NCBI GenBank assembly: GCA_963848295.1
Contig: CAWKDB010000010.1
Coordinates: 288,001-352,000 of the forward strand
Direction of reading: 5' to 3'
DNA length: 64,000 bases
From: an uncultured delta proteobacterium
Lineage (GTDB): Bacteria; Myxococcota_A; Polyangia; Haliangiales; Haliangiaceae
Below, one piece after another: positions 59,028 to 64,000 of the stretch (position 1 is its first letter; each line of letters starts with the position of its first letter). Made by a program: the position numbers and the translations under genes. A model generated the notes under the pieces. It was not told where the DNA came from. It saw only the letters and a program-made list of their open reading frames with translations, and did no database searches.

Positions 59028-59231
59028 CGGTGGGCTCGCGCACCGCGCGAAGCACGTCCAGAACAAGATCGTCGCGCCGATCGGCGTCAGGACCCACGAC
59101 AACACGGCACGCATGGGTCGACGCATCGCAACTCGCGCGCCACGCCCAGCGCAAGCGATCTCGCCGATCTACGCCGTGCCCGTCCGCCTCGTGTCCGAAA
59201 CCGCCCGGGACAAACCGGCCAAACCGGACAG

Positions 59232-60788
59232 CTACAGCGGCGCGGTGATCTCGGCGAGCACGCGCGCGAGCGCATCGGCCGCATACGGCTTCGCCATGAA
59301 CGCGCGCACGCCGCCGTCGAGCAGCGCCTGGGCATCCACCGCGGTCGCCGATCCCGACATCCCGAGCACCGCGACCTCGGGATCGATCGCGCGCAGCGCG
59401 GCATACGTCGCCGGGCCCGTCATCCCGGGCATGATCATATCCAGCACCACCGCCTGGATCGCGGCGGGATCGCGGCGGTAGACCTCGATGGCTTCCGAGC
59501 CGCTCGCGGCAACCACGGCTTCGTAGCCGAGGCTGCGCAACATGCCGGCGAGTGCGCGCAGCGTGAGCTGGTCGTCATCGACCACCAAGATCCGCCCGTT
59601 GCCGCTCGGCCGCCCGGTGCCCTCGCCGACTGCCGTCGCCGGCCGCTTCATCTTCGCCGGGAACGTCGCGGCGGGAAACCGCAAACGCATCGTCGTGCCG
59701 CCAAGGTCGGGGCCATCGTCGATCGCGATCGTGCCTCCATGCCCCTCCACGATTCCGAGCACGGTCGCGAGGCCGAGCCCGGTCCCTTGCTGCGCGCCCT
59801 GCTCTTTCGTCGTGAAGTACGGTTCGAACACGCGCTCGCGCAACTCGATCGCGATGCCGGCGCCGTTATCGATCACCTCGAGCACGACGTGGTCGGCGTC
59901 GCTCCGGGTTCGCACGACGACCGCGGTGCTGCCGGCGTCGCGCGCGTTCACCACGAGGTTCATTACCACCTGCTCGAGCTGCGATTCGTCTCCGACGATC
60001 GCGCCGCCCTGTTCGGCGCCGAGCTCGAACGTGATCGCGATCTCGGACAGCGTCCGCTCGAGTAACGCGCGCATCTGGCCGACGACGTCGTCGACCATGA
60101 CCGCAGCCGCGCGGTGCCGGCTCCGCCGCGCGAAGCCCAACAGCGAGCGGGTCAACGCCGCGGATCGCTCGGTGATCCCGTCGATCAGCTCGAGCTGAGC
60201 GCGGCGTTCGGGGTCGGGTTCGCTGTTAGCGAGCTCGGCCGCGACCAGCTTGACGCCGAAGATCAAGTTGTTGAAGTCGTGCGCGATGCCGCCGGCGAGC
60301 GTACCGATCGCCTCGAGCCGTTGCGCCCGGTGCAGGCGGAGCTCGCTGGCCTTGTGAGCGTTCTCGGCGGCGACCTCACGCGTGATGTCGAAGAAACAGA
60401 TCACGACGTGGGTGATGTCTCCACCTTCGCCGGTCACCGGCTGCGCGAAGGCGCGGACATCGACCTTCGTGCCATCCGGTCGATGGATCGACAGATCGTC
60501 GACGACCACGACCCGTTGCTCTTGCAGCGCCCGCACGAACGGCATCCGGTGCTCGGGATACGGCGCGCCGTCGCGGGTCATGATGCCGTAGGGCGCGGAG
60601 TATTCGCCCACCGCGACGTCGGCGCGCCCGGTCTGGCCCATGATCTCGGCGAACATCCGGTTCGAGTAGACGAACTCGCCGGTCGGCGCGCGCGCGACCC
60701 ACAGCCCGACCGGTAGGTTGTCGGCGAGGGCGTGGATGATGTCGTGATCGGAGGGCGGTACTGCTGGACCCGACACGCCCACCGTCAT
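59232..60788 (-). CDS. PAS-domain hybrid sensor histidine kinase / response regulator
   Basis: GIAHDFNNL, NLVVNARDA, DNGAGI, FEPYFTTK, GTGLGL; receiver ILVVDDD...LDMIMPGM...AKPY. Confidence 0.93.
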   Translation of the reverse strand: MTVGVSGPAVPPSDHDIIHALADNLPVGLWVARAPTGEFVYSNRMFAEIMGQTGRADVAVGEYSAPYGIMTRDGAPYPEHRMPFVRALQEQRVVVVDDLSIHRPDGTKVDVRAFAQPVTGEGGDITHVVICFFDITREVAAENAHKASELRLHRAQRLEAIGTLAGGIAHDFNNLIFGVKLVAAELANSEPDPERRAQLELIDGITERSAALTRSLLGFARRSRHRAAAVMVDDVVGQMRALLERTLSEIAITFELGAEQGGAIVGDESQLEQVVMNLVVNARDAGSTAVVVRTRSDADHVVLEVIDNGAGIAIELRERVFEPYFTTKEQGAQQGTGLGLATVLGIVEGHGGTIAIDDGPDLGGTTMRLRFPAATFPAKMKRPATAVGEGTGRPSGNGRILVVDDDQLTLRALAGMLRSLGYEAVVAASGSEAIEVYRRDPAAIQAVVLDMIMPGMTGPATYAALRAIDPEVAVLGMSGSATAVDAQALLDGGVRAFMAKPYAADALARVLAEITAPL

Positions 60789-60818
60789 ATCACGCGGGTC
60801 GTCGGGTACGATAGCCGC

Positions 60819-62144
60819 GTGCTACGCTGGCCAGGCAACTTCGTCCACTTGGTGTTCTTGGTGGTCGTGCTGCTCGGGTGCGGCCTCGCATACCTGTTCG
60901 GCCGGCTCGCGACGTTGTTCATGTGGGGCCCGCGCCGGGTGCGTGCGGTCGGCAAGTTGCGCGGCGCGATCCTCTACGCGGGCATGAGCACCGCGGGCGC
61001 GACGTTCATCAAGCTCGGCCAGGTGATGAGCACGCGCCCCGACTTGTTCTCGCCCGAGGTCATCGCGCGGCTGCGCAAGCTCCAGGATCAGCTGCCGCCG
61101 TTCTCGTTCGGCAAGATCAAGCAGACGATCGAGCAAGACTTCGGTAAGCCGGTGACCGAGCTGTTCGCCGAGCTCGACGACAAGCCGGTCGCCGCCGCGA
61201 GCGTCGCCCAGGTTCATCGCGGCCGGCTCGCCGACGGCCGCGAGGTCGCGGTCAAGGTGCTGCGGCCCGGCGTCCGCCGCCAAGTCGAGCGCGACGCCGC
61301 GATCCTCATCGGGTTCGCTCGCATCATCGGGCTACGGCCCGCGTGGCGACGGTCCGATCCCGTCGGCCATACCCGGCATTTCGTCGAGGCGATCGCCGAG
61401 CAGACGGATCTGACGATCGAGGCCGCGAACTACACGCGGTTTCGCGCGAACTTCGCGAACTCGCCGCGCGTCACGTTCCCCGAGGTCTATCCCGAGCTGT
61501 GCAGCAAGCGCGTGCTGACGATGGAGTTCGTCCGCGGCACGAAGATCGACGCGCTACCGCCGGGCTCGTATCCGAAGCTCGCCGAGATCGTGCGCACGAC
61601 GATGTTCCGGATGTGCTTCGAGCACGGCTTCGTCCACGCCGACCTGCATCCCGGCAACATGGTCGTCCAGGATCTCGAGCGGCTCGTGATCTTCGACGTC
61701 GGGCTCGCGAAGCTGCTGAACGAGGACGTGCTGATCCAGTTCATCGACATGACCAAGTGCATCGCGATGGGCACGCCGGACGACATCGTGGCGCACCTCA
61801 AGCGCTTCCACACGTACGTCGGCGATGTCGACTGGGCGGCGCTGCGCGTCGACGTCGAGGCGTTCGCGAAGAAGTTCCGGGCGCAGGACATGTCGCGGCT
61901 CGAGTACGGCGAGCTGATCGGCGAGATGTTCGCGATCGGCCGCAAGTACGAGGTCCGGCCGATCACCGACATGATGCTCGTGTTCGTCGCGCTGATCACG
62001 GCTCAGGGCATCGGCAAGATGCTCGAGCCCGACCACAACGTATTCGGCGCCGTCGCGCAGTTCCTCATCCCGATCTTGATGAAGCGCAACGAGCACGTGC
62101 CCGACACCGCGGAAGCCAAGCGCGCCGCCGGGGCTAGCGCGTGA
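60819..62144 (+). CDS. ABC1/UbiB (AarF) family atypical kinase
   Basis: TFIKLGQVMSTRPD, AAASVAQVH, VAVKVLRP, HADLHPGN, IFDVG; GTG start 6 nt after TACGAT. Confidence 0.92.
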   Translation: MLRWPGNFVHLVFLVVVLLGCGLAYLFGRLATLFMWGPRRVRAVGKLRGAILYAGMSTAGATFIKLGQVMSTRPDLFSPEVIARLRKLQDQLPPFSFGKIKQTIEQDFGKPVTELFAELDDKPVAAASVAQVHRGRLADGREVAVKVLRPGVRRQVERDAAILIGFARIIGLRPAWRRSDPVGHTRHFVEAIAEQTDLTIEAANYTRFRANFANSPRVTFPEVYPELCSKRVLTMEFVRGTKIDALPPGSYPKLAEIVRTTMFRMCFEHGFVHADLHPGNMVVQDLERLVIFDVGLAKLLNEDVLIQFIDMTKCIAMGTPDDIVAHLKRFHTYVGDVDWAALRVDVEAFAKKFRAQDMSRLEYGELIGEMFAIGRKYEVRPITDMMLVFVALITAQGIGKMLEPDHNVFGAVAQFLIPILMKRNEHVPDTAEAKRAAGASA

Positions 62145-62162
62145 CGGCAGCGCGCGATCCGC

Positions 62163-62303
62163 TCAGCAGATAATGACGTGCTTGACGCCCTCAGCCCCGC
62201 CGGCGCTACTACGGAGGTCGTTGTCCTCGAGCCGCACGAGCTTCACCTTTTGAACGCCGAGCTTCTTCGCTTCGCCCTGCTTGTCTTTTTTGGTGCGCTT
62301 CAT
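62163..62303 (-). CDS. 46-aa double-glycine-leader peptide (RiPP/signal-peptide precursor-like)
   Basis: MKRTKKDKQGEAKKLGVQKVKLVRLEDNDLRSSAGG-AEGVKHVIIC*; TAAGAT -10 box exactly 6 nt before the ATG; too short for the ORF track. Confidence 0.7.
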   Translation of the reverse strand: MKRTKKDKQGEAKKLGVQKVKLVRLEDNDLRSSAGGAEGVKHVIIC

Positions 62304-62403
62304 AGGACCATCTTAGGCGTTCGGCTCCGTCGACGATATGGGTTTCGGAGATCGTTCGACAGGACGCTGCGGGGCAAGTGTGCAACGATCCCGCCCGTCT
62401 CCG

Positions 62404-64000
62404 ATGGACACAGAAGGCTACATCGGGCGGGTTGTAGGTGAGTTCGTTCTCGACGAGCACATCGGCGGAGGCGGAGGCGGAGCGGTGTGGCGCGCGTCGC
62501 AACCTGTCCTGCAACGAGACGCCGTCATCAAGCTGCTGAACTCGAACGGAGAGCGCGAACGGATCGATCGTTTCCTACAAGAGGCCCGTCTGGCCTCGCG
62601 GCTCGATCATCCGTTCGCGGCGCACGTCTATGCGTTTGGGGTCGAGTCCGACGGCCTGATGTGGATCGCCATGGAGTTGGTGCGGGGGACCCCGCTCTCC
62701 ACCGTCCTCGAACACGGGCCGCTAGACCGCGGCTTGGCCTTCATCGAGCGCGTCTGTGAGGTCGTCCAGTCAACTCACGACCTCGGGATCGTCCATGGTG
62801 ACTTGAAGCCGTCGAACGTCATGGTGATCTCGCGGGTCGGAAATCAGTTCCCGAAGCTGCTCGATTTCGGAATCGCGCGCGAGCTCGCCGACAACACGAG
62901 CGGCGGTGCCGGAACACCGATGTACATGGCCCCGGAGCAATGGGTCACCGGACGCAAGCTCAGTCCCGCAACGGACGTCTATGCGCTCGGCGCGCTCGCG
63001 TTCGAATCCTCTCCGGCAATCCGCCGTTTTCTGGATCGACGCGACTGGAGCTCGCGAAACACCACGCCCGCACTCCGCCCCCCTCTCTCCCGGGCGGCTT
63101 TCCCGATCGAGTCAACGCCGCCATTGCCAAGGCGATGGCGAAGGCGCCCGGTGATCGGTTCGCCTCTGCGTCCGAGCTCGCGCGCGCGCTCGCGGGCAGC
63201 GAGTCTCTCGGCACGCTGAATCTCCCCAAGCTCGACGACTTGACTCTGGATGCCGCGTTGCTCGAGGCGCCGGAGCCGATCGCCGAGGCGGTCGTAACTC
63301 TCGACGCGGCGAGTGACGCGGAGACTGCCTACCGCGCCGCATGGCGAGTCGTCGATACGCTCGCCCACTATGTCGGCGCGATCGCGCTCGGCTGTCGCGC
63401 GCGCATTCGCGGTGTCGACACCGAGCCCCTTACCGAGCATCTCGTCGCGCTACGTGCACGCGGACTCGATGCAAGAGGTTGGTGGCACCTCGCACGCGAG
63501 ATCGCTCGACCGTTCGCGACGATCCGCGATGCCTTCCCGGTCCCCGAGTTGATCGGCGTGTTCTTCGACGGCCACGCCGAGCTCAACACCGCGCTGGATT
63601 TGGTGTTCGCCGAGGGCGCCGCACGGATCGAGCAACCAAACCGCGAGGTCGCGTCGACCGAGCTAACACGGTTGATCCCGACCTTGGGAAGCGCACTGCG
63701 GGCGTTGCGGTGGCTCGACGACTACCGGCTCGTCGTGCCGAACAAGGGCGGAGCGCAACGGTGGATGGGCGCCAGGCGCAGCGATCGGGCGACGATCGCG
63801 ACGAAAGCGCCGATGTTGTCGCCGGCATTGGTCAACGCAGACGGCGAAGTTGTTGTCGACCTGGATCCGGTTGCCGAGCTCCATGCACCGGTACCGGGAG
63901 CGCCACGCCAGCTGTTCTTCATCGACGGGCCTGGCCGCCACGGTGCACGCCTGCGCGCGTTGCCGACCGATCTCGAGCACGAGGTTGCGGATGGGTGGGG
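62404..64000 (+). CDS. Multidomain Ser/Thr protein kinase (partial; 1-bp apparent frameshift at ~63005)
   Basis: IGGGGGGAVW, AVIKLL, HGDLKPSN, LLDFGIA, GTPMYMAPEQ, DVYALG; adding one A gives AFEILSGNPPF...AMAKAPGDRF and an open frame to the window end. Confidence 0.88.

Noticed and set aside
59028..59126. Hydrophobic start MRRPMRAVLSWVLTPIGATILFWTCFARC on the minus strand
   Set aside because: The frame runs antisense through the methyltransferase and ECF genes with no nearby stop; it cannot be supported as a small gene.
62163..62303. Basic peptide as a ribosomal protein (L34/L36-like, starts MKRT)
   Set aside because: No similarity beyond the first four residues; the GG-leader pattern fits better.

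Overview
High-GC bacterial chromosomal window. The gene content (Cys-rich lipoproteins, giant TPR protein, Ser/Thr kinases, paralogous DnaK) points to Myxococcota, possibly Kofleriaceae/Haliangiales-like; this is an inference. Most of it is a housekeeping backbone: argG/argF/argD, a specialised dnaK with a J-domain/TPR partner, hslUV, xerC, trmFO, topA, dprA, LysM, cpoB, hemC/hemA/ccsA-like, trxA, mreBCD-mrdA-rodA, ppiD, clpB-cbpA-lon and an NAD-type isocitrate dehydrogenase. It is interrupted by accessory lipoprotein genes and one intact IS1380-family element with 16-bp TIRs and a CTAG target duplication at the hslU stop codon. The right third is regulatory: a sigma54 activator, ECF sigma factor, hybrid histidine kinase, pseudokinase, ABC1 kinase and a Ser/Thr kinase. 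The most notable items the ORF track does not show are: (i) a 46-aa double-glycine-leader peptide gene (62163-62303) divergent from a non-RD Ser/Thr kinase; (ii) an Hsp70 module whose two flanking proteins share a 'FLxSRIDG' domain; (iii) three TGTC-N10-GAC palindromes plus a GG-N10-GC promoter linking the sigma54 activator to the ECF gene; (iv) a sigma54 promoter driving a stand-alone MshEN-like protein; (v) a pervasive leaderless promoter architecture. Six small indels, mostly in short homopolymer or CG runs, break otherwise intact genes and are most likely sequencing errors. No rRNA, tRNA or CRISPR array was recognised.
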